From assembly GCA_031276235.1 (NCBI GenBank), contig JAISNL010000046.1, positions 1 through 55,601 on the forward strand: a stretch of 55,601 bases of DNA. Reading direction: 5' to 3'. Shown here in pieces: positions 17,199 through 25,982 of the stretch (positions are counted from its first letter, which is position 1; each line of letters opens with the position of its first letter). Made by a program: the position numbers and the translations under genes. The notes under the pieces are model-generated. The model was not told where the DNA came from and made no database searches. It worked only from the letters and a program-made list of their open reading frames with translations. This DNA is from Prevotellaceae bacterium (GTDB lineage: Bacteria; Bacteroidota; Bacteroidia; Bacteroidales; UBA932).

Positions 17199-19841
17199 AT
17201 GAAAAAAATTACTCTTGCAATCTTTTGTTTTATAATAATACTGCAAACGTTTGCTCAATCCACACTAAATGATGTTTCTAAAATAATATCAGAAACAGAC
17301 TGGCACGCAAAACAAATAACTGAAAATATTGTTTTCAAGCAGGCGCAAATCAAAATTTTCGATTCCAAACAAAGTATCAGTATTCTGGAAATTACTCTGT
17401 CTCCTGTCGTACGACTCGGTATCAACGATGTAAGCAACACGCTGATACCTGCAAGTCAATTGTGTCGGCAGGTTGATGCCATTGCAGGCGTCAATGCTTC
17501 GTTTTTTGACATGAAAAACGGAGGAGCAGTTGATTTTGTACGGGTAAACGGCGAGATTCTTCACAGTAAAACAAAAATATCGCAACGCAATAATGCCGCT
17601 CTTGTTATCAACAGGCATGATGTGCAAATCCTTGAACGCGATACACTCGACAGCAACTGGGAAAATAATCTGAACTGCGAAAATGTGATTGTAGCAGGAC
17701 CGCTGATTATGAAAAACGGAATTCCTGCCGTTCTGCAAAAAAATGCGTTCAACGAAAATCGGCATCCACGCACGCTTGTGGCAATCAAAACAAACGGAAA
17801 CGTTCTGCTTATCGTAGTTGACGGCAGAAATGCAAATGCCGCAGGAATGAGCATCAGCGAACTTTATATACTGTCGAAAGCGCTGGGCTGCAACGATGCA
17901 ATGAATTTCGATGGAGGAGGCTCATCCGCTATGTATATAAAAGGCGAAACAGAAACGGGAATAGTAAATTATCCGAGCGACAACAGACTGTTCGACCATT
18001 ACGGCGAGCGCAAAGTGGCAAATGTAATTTATGTGAAAGAAGTTAAGCCGTTCAAATTTGCATTTTTTACAGATATACACACAGGTACGGCAACTTCCGA
18101 AGAAGATTTGATGCGCTGCATAGAAGATGTAAATTCACAAAACGATGTTGATTTTGTAATTGTAAATGGAGATGTTACCGAAAACGGATTAAATTCTGAA
18201 TTGGAAACAGTTAAATACAGACTCGACAAACTCAACAAAAAATATTACGCAATAGCCGGAAATCATGAAACAAAATGGACAGAATCGGGACATACGCGTT
18301 TTGCGCAACTGTTTGGCGATACAAAAGTTACATTCAACCACAAAGGAATACAGTTTGTTGGATTTTCGTCGGGTCCTGTTTTACGCATGGGAGATGCACA
18401 CGTGTCGCCGCGAGAAATAAACTGGCTGAAAACTACTTTGCAGTCGATGGAAAATACAAAACAGCCGGTGATTGTATTTACGCACGTGCCGCTGGTAGAA
18501 CCCGCAGATCAAATAGACAACGGACATGAAATAGCCGATATTGTCAGAAAATATAATACGCGAGTAATTCTCAACGGACATTATCATCACAATCGCGCAC
18601 TCGATGCAGACGGAATTCCTGCAATAATTTGCCGTTCTACGCTTAGAGATAAAAAGCCTGCAGGAGGTTACAGCATATTTACCGTTGATGCCGATTCGTT
18701 AAAGGTTTTTGAAAGAAATCCTGTAGAAAAAACAGAAAAACAATGGCATTCGCTGTCGATGACAAAAGAATATTATGTTAAAACAGCCGAAAAACATGAT
18801 TTAGTTAATGATTCTATAAATTCGCTGTATCCAGACGTAAAAGTTGAATGGCAAACGGCAACAGGCGGAATAATTACCAATACGGCTACCGTTGTCAGCA
18901 ATAAAGTAATATCGGGAAACGAACTTGGCGAAGTATATTGCTTAAATTTACATAACGGCGAAATAATATGGAAATATCAGGCTCGAAACGCCGTATATTC
19001 AACCCCTGCAATAGAAAAAAACAGTGTGGTATTCGGCTCTTGCGACAGCAGTATTTATTGTCTGAATATCGAAAACGGAAAAAAACTTTGGGAATTAAAA
19101 ACAAATCACGCAGTAATGGGATGCCCTGTTATAGCAAACGGAATTATATACACAGGAGGCAGCGATGGCTGTTTTAGAGCTATCAATATCAGCAACGGTG
19201 AAATTGTATGGACTTTCGGCGGAATAAAAGGCTATATAGAAAGCGCTCCCGCTATATACGACAACAAAGTAATATTCGGCGCATGGGATACAAACCTGTA
19301 TGCCGTGAACATGCACGACGGAACACTTGCGTGGAAATGGAACAATGGTCATCCGCGGTTACATTTTTCACCTGCCGCATGTATTCCTGTTGCAAGCAAC
19401 GGTAAAATTTTCATAGTTGCTCCCGACCGTTACATGACTGCCATTGATGCAAAAACAGGAAAAACAATATGGCGTACAAACAAACATAAAGTACGCGAAA
19501 CTATAGGTATTTCAGAAGACAAAAGCCGAATATACGCACGCTGTTTTACCGATACTGTATTCTGCATTTCATCTACGGCAAATGATTTTGAAGAGTTGTG
19601 GTTTGCAAACACAGGCTACGATTACGATATAAATCCATCAATGCCAGTTGAAAAAGATGGCGTGATATTTTTTGTAACAAAAAACGGAATGTTTGTCGCC
19701 CTCAAAGCCGACAACGGAGAAATACTGTGGAAACACAAATTTAACAATACCATGATAGCAACGCTAACGCCATTGAACAGCCGCGAACTTGTATTTACAA
19801 CCCATGATGGAATTATAGGCAAACTCGCAAACGGCAAATAA
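17199..19841 (+). CDS. secreted three-domain protein: phosphodiester glycosidase (DUF2233/NAGPA-like) + calcineurin-like metallophosphoesterase + PQQ-like beta-propeller
   Basis: 880 aa with a signal peptide. The N-terminal third has 'GVNASFFD', 'HPRTLVAI' and 'VVDGR..MNFDGGGSS' (DUF2233). The middle has 'FFTDIHTG', 'NGDVTENG', 'AGNHE' and 'NGHYHHN' (MPP). The C-terminus has repeated 'G(E/K)(I/T)(I/L)W' blades ('VYCLNLHNGEIIWKY', 'GKKLWELK', 'GEIVWTF', 'GTLAWKW', 'GKTIWRT', 'GEILWKH'). Confidence 0.8.
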   Translation: MKKITLAIFCFIIILQTFAQSTLNDVSKIISETDWHAKQITENIVFKQAQIKIFDSKQSISILEITLSPVVRLGINDVSNTLIPASQLCRQVDAIAGVNASFFDMKNGGAVDFVRVNGEILHSKTKISQRNNAALVINRHDVQILERDTLDSNWENNLNCENVIVAGPLIMKNGIPAVLQKNAFNENRHPRTLVAIKTNGNVLLIVVDGRNANAAGMSISELYILSKALGCNDAMNFDGGGSSAMYIKGETETGIVNYPSDNRLFDHYGERKVANVIYVKEVKPFKFAFFTDIHTGTATSEEDLMRCIEDVNSQNDVDFVIVNGDVTENGLNSELETVKYRLDKLNKKYYAIAGNHETKWTESGHTRFAQLFGDTKVTFNHKGIQFVGFSSGPVLRMGDAHVSPREINWLKTTLQSMENTKQPVIVFTHVPLVEPADQIDNGHEIADIVRKYNTRVILNGHYHHNRALDADGIPAIICRSTLRDKKPAGGYSIFTVDADSLKVFERNPVEKTEKQWHSLSMTKEYYVKTAEKHDLVNDSINSLYPDVKVEWQTATGGIITNTATVVSNKVISGNELGEVYCLNLHNGEIIWKYQARNAVYSTPAIEKNSVVFGSCDSSIYCLNIENGKKLWELKTNHAVMGCPVIANGIIYTGGSDGCFRAINISNGEIVWTFGGIKGYIESAPAIYDNKVIFGAWDTNLYAVNMHDGTLAWKWNNGHPRLHFSPAACIPVASNGKIFIVAPDRYMTAIDAKTGKTIWRTNKHKVRETIGISEDKSRIYARCFTDTVFCISSTANDFEELWFANTGYDYDINPSMPVEKDGVIFFVTKNGMFVALKADNGEILWKHKFNNTMIATLTPLNSRELVFTTHDGIIGKLANGK

Positions 19842-19996
19842 TCCCCAATAAAGAAACATTTGCAATCAAAAGTTTTTATCTTGTTTGTCAATTTACAGGT
19901 TAAAATTCAAAATGTAATCCAATATAACACTCTTATTTAGTCGTTCCTAAATAACTCTACACATTATTGATATATAATAAAATAATGGTAAAAATA

Positions 19997-20028
19997 TTTG
20001 GAAAATAATACAGGATTTTGTATCTTTG
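19997..20028 (+). promoter_or_regulatory. Bacteroidota promoter (TTTG-N20-TATCTTTG) of the IS5-family remnant
   Basis: -33 TTTG at 19997-20000 and -7 TATCTTTG at 20021-20028, 43 nt upstream of the ATG at 20072. Confidence 0.5.
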
Positions 20029-20068
20029 TGCCGAAAGAAACGGTAAAAATAAATCAAAAAATACATAG

Positions 20069-20420
<352 letters not shown>

Positions 20421-21377
20421 ATGAAGAAAGTTATAGCGAATATATTATTGATTATTACTGTAATTATGTTTATATTTGTAGTATATTATGCCCTATTAGA
20501 ACGCTTTAATGTAGTCGTTGTGCCACTATTTCTTGTTTTTATAGTTTTAGGTATTATTGCTAATTTTTATAGTAGTAAAAAAGAAAATTCACCAACAAAA
20601 AAGATTAACTTTCAATTTAATGATTATCTGATTATAGGAAAAAAAATTATATTATACACATTGTTATTTTCTTTTTTATCAATTGTATTTATAATAATAT
20701 GCCGAATAAGATCACCTCTATATATCAGAAAATTATTGATATTTTCCATGCTTATAAGTGCGTTTTTTGCCCAATTTATACTGATAAACAAAATTTACGC
20801 TATAACGACAAAGAAGATTTATTCTCATATTACTGTATTTTTATTGTGTTATATTAATTATATTTTTATATATGTTTTAATGGTAAGTATTTTAAATAAT
20901 TCTACTGTAAAAAACTATGAATTTGACAGTTATATGGGAAGATATTGGACTATTATAACACCAGTCTTTTTTGTATTACTTTTAACTTTAGTAATCATAA
21001 AAAATAGAAAAGGGCAAAATAATAGTAAGTTTGTAAGACTGTCTATACCTGTATTATTGTTTTGTTTTCCTACAATAAAGTCTTTTATTGTTGATGATAG
21101 ATTCTATTGTTGTGGTTCACCTATATTAAAGGCGAGTTTCGATTGTATTTTCCCTTTTGGATATAGTGTTATTTCCTTGTTTACAAAAGAATATAATATA
21201 TGCCAAGAAGGTTATGGTTACAGTTTTTGCTACGAAACAAGATTTAATCCGGAAATTTTCGCCCAAATGTTTCAACACAAATGGTTATTTTTACATTTTA
21301 TTACTATTATTTTGGCAATTGTATTCATACCCATCATAAATAACTTATCCAAAAAGTATGATAATATAAATACATAA
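20421..21377 (+). CDS. polytopic membrane protein with a Cys-rich loop, no recognisable family
   Basis: The ATG at 20421 gives 'MKKVIANILLIITVIMFIFVV'. 318 aa, about 8 hydrophobic segments. The loop 'DDRFYCCGSPILKASFDCIFPFGY..YNICQEGYGYSFCYE' has 6 Cys. Very AT-rich coding sequence. An AGGAGG at 20407-20412, 8 nt upstream, is contributed by the transposase stump. Confidence 0.55.
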   Translation: MKKVIANILLIITVIMFIFVVYYALLERFNVVVVPLFLVFIVLGIIANFYSSKKENSPTKKINFQFNDYLIIGKKIILYTLLFSFLSIVFIIICRIRSPLYIRKLLIFSMLISAFFAQFILINKIYAITTKKIYSHITVFLLCYINYIFIYVLMVSILNNSTVKNYEFDSYMGRYWTIITPVFFVLLLTLVIIKNRKGQNNSKFVRLSIPVLLFCFPTIKSFIVDDRFYCCGSPILKASFDCIFPFGYSVISLFTKEYNICQEGYGYSFCYETRFNPEIFAQMFQHKWLFLHFITIILAIVFIPIINNLSKKYDNINT

Positions 21378-21621
21378 TACAAGCAAATAAAGTTAATAGA
21401 ACAACACAAATAAAATCTTTTGCGAAAATAGACTGCCCAAATGATTGTATGAAAGTTAAAATCCCTTTATCCAAAATAATATATCCTACTAAAACTGAAA
21501 ATACAGAAAAATACAAATTCATAAACGTAACAAGTTGCTCGTATTTTTCTATATACATTTTGTGAAACGAATATCTTATATCGTATTCTTTTAACAATAT
21601 GCCCAATTTATCATTTGTCAT
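21334..21621 (-). CDS. small 2-TM protein (hypothetical)
   Basis: 95 aa. A polar helical N-terminus 'MTNDKLGILLKEYDIRYSFHKMYIEKYEQL' is followed by two hydrophobic segments. The 3' end overlaps the convergent 20421..21377 gene by 44 nt. It starts 29 nt after the integrase-remnant stop on the same strand. Confidence 0.35.
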   Translation of the reverse strand: MTNDKLGILLKEYDIRYSFHKMYIEKYEQLVTFMNLYFSVFSVLVGYIILDKGILTFIQSFGQSIFAKDFICVVLLTLFACIMYLYYHTFWISYL

Positions 21622-21649
21622 TTAAATACTAATTGTATAGTCTGCAAAA

Positions 21650-21811
21650 TTAGTAATTTTCTCTGAATAAACATTTAAAACTTAAAAAAGTTCTTTCATC
21701 AACCACTTTTGCGTAAATCTGAGTGGTTTTCACATTGGTACGCCCTAACATCTTGCTGACTGACGGTATAAATATCCGTACCATTTCATAATTGCAAAAA
21801 ACGAAAACACT
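21650..21811 (-). pseudogene. tyrosine recombinase/integrase, C-terminal remnant only
   Basis: The minus-strand translation '..IPSVSKMLGRTNVKTTQIYAKVVDERTF..*' matches the Bacteroides integrase C-terminus ('VSKMLGHTNIKTTQIYAKV' type, including the catalytic Tyr). A stop lies upstream in the frame at 21812-21814, and there is no N-terminal part. Confidence 0.6.
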
Positions 21812-21829
21812 TTAAAGTAATTTATCTGC

Positions 21830-21859
21830 AAAAAAAGCGATAAACTTTTGATTTACCGC
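21830..21859 (-). terminator. rho-independent terminator of dnaK
   Basis: The minus strand reads GCGGTAAA-tcaaaag-TTTATCGC followed by TTTTTTT. It begins 38 nt after the dnaK stop. Confidence 0.6.
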
Positions 21860-21896
21860 TTTCTATCTGTTTTTGATAGTTACTTTGTTAGATATC

Positions 21897-23813
21897 TTAC
21901 TTCACTTCTTCAAAGTCCACATCTTCGGCAGTTGTGTTTTGCTGGCTATCGCTGTTGTTTTGTGCCGTGTCGGAAGTTGAGTTTGTATTGTCGTCTGCGT
22001 TTGTTGTTTGCTGTGCGCGGTACAATTCTTCGGAAGCGGCTTGCCATGCGTTGTTTAATTCTGCCTGCGCTGCATCAATTGCCGCAACATCCTGCGAACT
22101 GTGCGCTGTTTTAAGTTTTGCCAATGCATCTTCGATTACTGTTTTTTTGTCGGCAGGAATTTTGTCGCCATATTCTTTCAACTGCTTTTCGGTTTGGAAA
22201 ATCATGCTGTCGGCAGCGTTGATTTTGTCCACACGTTCGCGTTCGCGCTTGTCTGATTCTTCGTTGGCTTTTGCTTCTTCGCGCATGCGTTTTATTTCTT
22301 CTTCACTCAATCCCGATGATGCTTCGATACGTATTTTTTGTTCTTTGCCCGTGCCTTTATCTTTTGCCGATACATTCAAAATTCCGTTTGCATCTATATC
22401 AAATGTAACTTCAATTTGCGGTACTCCGCGCGGAGCAGGCGGCAATCCATCCAAATGAAAGCGTCCTATTGATTTGTTATCACGTGCAAACTGGCGTTCT
22501 CCCTGACAGATATTTATTTCCACCGAAGGCTGATTGTCGGCAGCTGTTGAAAATACCTGCGATTTGCGCGTGGGAATTGTTGTGTTTGCATCTATGAGTT
22601 TTGTCATTACGCCGCCGAGTGTTTCAATTCCTAACGAGAGAGGGGTAACATCGAGTAAAAGCACGTCTTTCACTTCGCCTGTCAGCACTCCGCCTTGAAT
22701 TGCCGCTCCGATTGCTACTACTTCGTCTGGATTTACTCCTTTTGAAGGCGCTTTCTTGAAGAAGTCTTCAACCACTTTCTGAATAGCAGGAATGCGTGTA
22801 GAACCGCCGACAAGTATCACTTCGTCGATGTCGGATACGCTTATTCCCGCATCTTTTACGGCTTTGCGGCAAGGTTCAATCGAACGTTGTATCAAATCGT
22901 ACGATAACTGTTCAAATTTTGCGCGGGTAAGAGTTTTCACCAGATGTTTCGGAATACCATCAACAGGCATGATATAAGGTAAATTTATTTCTGTGGATGT
23001 TTGGCTTGAAAGTTCTATTTTTGCTTTTTCGGCTGCTTCTTTCAGTCGCTGTAAAGCCATTGGGTCTTTACTTAAATCTATTCCGCTGTTATCGTTTTTA
23101 AATTCCTGAACCAGCCAGTCAATAATTACATGGTCAAAGTCATCGCCGCCAAGGTGAGTATCGCCGTTGGTTGATTTTACTTCAAACACTCCATCTCCGA
23201 GTTCGAGTATTGATATGTCAAATGTGCCGCCGCCCAAGTCGTAAACGGCTATTTTCATATCTTTGTTTTTCTTGTCCATGCCGTAAGCCAAAGCTGCAGC
23301 TGTAGGTTCGTTGATTATGCGTTTTACTTTAAGACCTGCAATTTCGCCGGCTTCTTTTGTTGCCTGACGTTGCGAATCGCTAAAATATGCAGGAACGGTA
23401 ATCACAGCTTCGGTAACTTCCTGCCCTAGAAAATCTTCAGCTGTTTTTTTCATTTTTTGAAGCACTATTGCCGAAATTTCCTGCGGTGAATATAAACGGT
23501 CGTCAATTTTAACGCGCGGAGTATTATTGTCGCCGCGTACAACATCGTATGATACTCTGCCTGTTTCGGTTTGTACTTTATCGAAAGTTTCACCCATGAA
23601 ACGTTTTATAGAGAAAACCGTTTTTTTCGGATTTGTGATAGCCTGACGTTTTGCTGGATCGCCTATTTTGCGTTCTCCGTTCTCGGCAAATGCCACAACC
23701 GAAGGCGTTGTTCGTTTTCCTTCGCTGTTAATGATAACAACGGGTTCGTTGCCTTCCATCACTGAAACGCATGAATTTGTTGTTCCTAAATCAATTCCAA
23801 TAATTTTTCCCAT
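21897..23813 (-). CDS. dnaK: molecular chaperone DnaK (Hsp70)
   Basis: 638 aa. '[11 protein letters not shown]', 'DLGGGTFD' and '[11 protein letters not shown]' match Hsp70 along the full length. Confidence 0.97.
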   Translation of the reverse strand: MGKIIGIDLGTTNSCVSVMEGNEPVVIINSEGKRTTPSVVAFAENGERKIGDPAKRQAITNPKKTVFSIKRFMGETFDKVQTETGRVSYDVVRGDNNTPRVKIDDRLYSPQEISAIVLQKMKKTAEDFLGQEVTEAVITVPAYFSDSQRQATKEAGEIAGLKVKRIINEPTAAALAYGMDKKNKDMKIAVYDLGGGTFDISILELGDGVFEVKSTNGDTHLGGDDFDHVIIDWLVQEFKNDNSGIDLSKDPMALQRLKEAAEKAKIELSSQTSTEINLPYIMPVDGIPKHLVKTLTRAKFEQLSYDLIQRSIEPCRKAVKDAGISVSDIDEVILVGGSTRIPAIQKVVEDFFKKAPSKGVNPDEVVAIGAAIQGGVLTGEVKDVLLLDVTPLSLGIETLGGVMTKLIDANTTIPTRKSQVFSTAADNQPSVEINICQGERQFARDNKSIGRFHLDGLPPAPRGVPQIEVTFDIDANGILNVSAKDKGTGKEQKIRIEASSGLSEEEIKRMREEAKANEESDKRERERVDKINAADSMIFQTEKQLKEYGDKIPADKKTVIEDALAKLKTAHSSQDVAAIDAAQAELNNAWQAASEELYRAQQTTNADDNTNSTSDTAQNNSDSQQNTTAEDVDFEEVK

Positions 23814-24066
23814 TTTATTTTTATCTCCTTTTTTATTTATTTTCTATTTTTCGATTGTTAATCAGCAATAGTTGTGCCATACACGGAATATGCAAAATAT
23901 TCTGAAATATTGGCATTAATCCTCTTTAAACCCGACATTAATGATGCTGTTTACTGACGTTTTGGCAGTAAAAGGTGAATATTATCATAACAAATAAAAA
24001 ATAATAAGTTTTTTTCCACTAAGTGATGAAAAATAAATAAGGCATAACAAATAAACCTGAAAAAAT

Positions 24067-24195
24067 CAGTTGAAAGTGATAAAAACATAAAATTCTGGAT
24101 TGTTTCGTCGCTACGCTCCTCGCAAAAACGAACTAACCACGCAACGCGTTGCGAGCGTAGCAATTCAGAAAAGTGAAAGAAATAAGGTGAAAATA
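24067..24195. repeat. REP-like palindromic element (type-I hairpin) with MITE-type left terminus
   Basis: 'cagttgaaagtgat' (24067-24080). Hairpin arms 'ctggattgtttcgtcgctacgctcctcgcaa' (24095-24125) and 'ttgcgagcgtagcaattcag' (24149-24168). These are followed by 'aaaagtgaaagaaataaggtgaaaataagg' modules. Confidence 0.7.
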
Positions 24196-24279
24196 AGGTT
24201 TTATCATCGCTTGTTAAACATTAGGAGTTGTATATTCTATTTATTTTTCATCCCTAAGTAAATTAGATTGATATTCAGA

Positions 24280-24954
24280 TTATTGTTTGTTAATATCTTG
24301 ATGGTTGATTACAATGTCAAATTTTGCTGTATCTATAAATCGTCCGAATTGCATGTTATGTATTTTATCGGCTTTGGCGTTGATAAAATTTATATTATAT
24401 TCGGTCGCAATAATGTGTGAAATCAGTTCGTTGCAAAAAAAGCGCGTTGTATCTGAAATGTCGAAATAATCGTCAAAAGGAATTTTTTGTGCAAGGTAAT
24501 ATTTTGCTTTGTTTGCAATTTTGTTGTTGTCGCTGTTTTTCAAACGTACTATAATGATGGAATTTTTATACGTGTCATCAATAAATTCGTTAAGCGTTGA
24601 TTGTTGCATCCCGTTTGTATTGCTTACAGAGAGCGACAATGTGTGAATCACATTTATGCTGTCGCTGTCAATATTCAATATTCCGCAATGCGAAAGTTTG
24701 TATTTTTCATTGAGGTGCGCAGAGATTGCCAAACTGATTGCGCCTCTGCCCTGCCGCATAATAATGTCTCCGCTGCGCAGCAGGCTTATTTCTTCGCAGG
24801 TTAATGTATCGCAGTCGGATGTTGATGTTATTGGGTTTTGCGATGATTCATAAAAAGAATGTTCCTGCCTGCTTTTACAGCCGATCAGAAACATTTGGAA
24901 AATCAAGATTATATTGAAAATCTTTCCCAATTTATTTACCGTTGCCAAGGTCAA
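24280..24954 (-). CDS. YiiX-like permuted papain/NlpC-P60 superfamily lipoprotein
   Basis: 224 aa. Lipobox 'FLIGC'. 'GDIIMRQGRGAISLAI..KLSHCGIL' (His) and 'RFFCNELISHI' (Cys) occur in the permuted order typical of DUF830/YiiX. Confidence 0.65.
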   Translation of the reverse strand: MTLATVNKLGKIFNIILIFQMFLIGCKSRQEHSFYESSQNPITSTSDCDTLTCEEISLLRSGDIIMRQGRGAISLAISAHLNEKYKLSHCGILNIDSDSINVIHTLSLSVSNTNGMQQSTLNEFIDDTYKNSIIIVRLKNSDNNKIANKAKYYLAQKIPFDDYFDISDTTRFFCNELISHIIATEYNINFINAKADKIHNMQFGRFIDTAKFDIVINHQDINKQ

Positions 24955-25342
24955 TTGTTTTATTTACTTTCCATTGCCCATCTTCTTTTATCAGAGGAAT
25001 ATTATCGGCATCTTCTTCTCCCATAACAGAAACTTTTATTTTTACTGTTGCCGTATTTCCATCTTCAGCAATTTGTTCTTCAATAATTTCAATTTTTGCG
25101 TCTTTAGCATTGGCTTTAATGATTTCGAGAACATCTTGGGATTCGGGCGCTTCAATCTGCTCAATAAGTTTGTCAATATCTTCATAGTAGGCTTTAGCAA
25201 CATATTTTTTCGCCTCGTTAAAGTCGAACTTTAATGTCGCTTCAGTAAATTTTTTTGCAACGTCAGATGGTTTTTCGCCGCAAGATGCAACAAACAAGGA
25301 TATAGCGCCAAATATTATTATATTTTTTAACGATTTCATCAT
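24932..25342 (-). CDS. DUF4878-like lipoprotein, paralog A
   Basis: 136 aa. Lipobox 'VASC'. About three quarters of residues are identical by eye to the 25463..25873 product ('EAKKYVAKA.YEDIDKLI', 'IAEDGNTATVK.KVSVMG', 'PLIKEDGQWK'). Confidence 0.7.
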   Translation of the reverse strand: MMKSLKNIIIFGAISLFVASCGEKPSDVAKKFTEATLKFDFNEAKKYVAKAYYEDIDKLIEQIEAPESQDVLEIIKANAKDAKIEIIEEQIAEDGNTATVKIKVSVMGEEDADNIPLIKEDGQWKVNKTIDLGNGK

Positions 25343-25375
25343 TAATATTTATTTTATTTTGTTTAAACTAAAATT

Positions 25376-25462
25376 AAAAAGAATGTTCCTGCCTGCTTTT
25401 ACAGCCGATCAGGAACATTTGGAAAATAAACACCTAATTGAGAATTTTTCCCAATTTCAATT
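25376..25462 (-). pseudogene. relic copy of the 5' end of the YiiX-like gene left by tandem duplication
   Basis: 25376-25425 differs from 24852-24901 at a single position by eye. It translates to 'KLGKILN*VFIFQMFLIGCKSRQEHSF*', so it carries an internal stop. Confidence 0.75.
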
Positions 25463-25873
25463 TTATTTACCGATGTCAATTTTTTTGTCAATTTTCCATT
25501 GACCATCTTCTTTTATCAGAGGAGTATCTTCTTCATTTTCCTGTCCCATAACGGAAACTTTTACTTTTACTGTTGCAGTATTTCCATCTTCGGCAATTTC
25601 TTCTCCAATAATCTCGAATTTTGCGTCTTTAACACTGGCTTTAAAAACTTCAAGCATAGGTTGAACTTCGGGAGTTTCAATCTTCGCAATAAGTTTGTCA
25701 ATATCTTCATAGTGCGCTTTAGCAACATATTTTTTTGCCTCTTTGAGGTCAAGCTTTAATGTTGCTTCATTAAATTTTTTCACAACGTCAGAAGGCGTTG
25801 ATGCACCACCGCCACATGCGGTAATCACTAATCCTGCTGCTACAACGAGGATTAAACTTTTTAATAACTTCAT
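25463..25873 (-). CDS. DUF4878-like lipoprotein, paralog B
   Basis: 136 aa. Lipobox 'ITAC'. Tandem paralog of 24932..25342, with a 531-bp duplication unit. Confidence 0.7.
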   Translation of the reverse strand: MKLLKSLILVVAAGLVITACGGGASTPSDVVKKFNEATLKLDLKEAKKYVAKAHYEDIDKLIAKIETPEVQPMLEVFKASVKDAKFEIIGEEIAEDGNTATVKVKVSVMGQENEEDTPLIKEDGQWKIDKKIDIGK

Positions 25874-25982
25874 AATTTGTTAATTTTAATTGTTAATATT
25901 TAATAACTGTTAATATTAGCGCAAAGGTATATTTTATTTTCCACATACAAAAATTTTTTTGAAAAAATTAATTACATTTATA

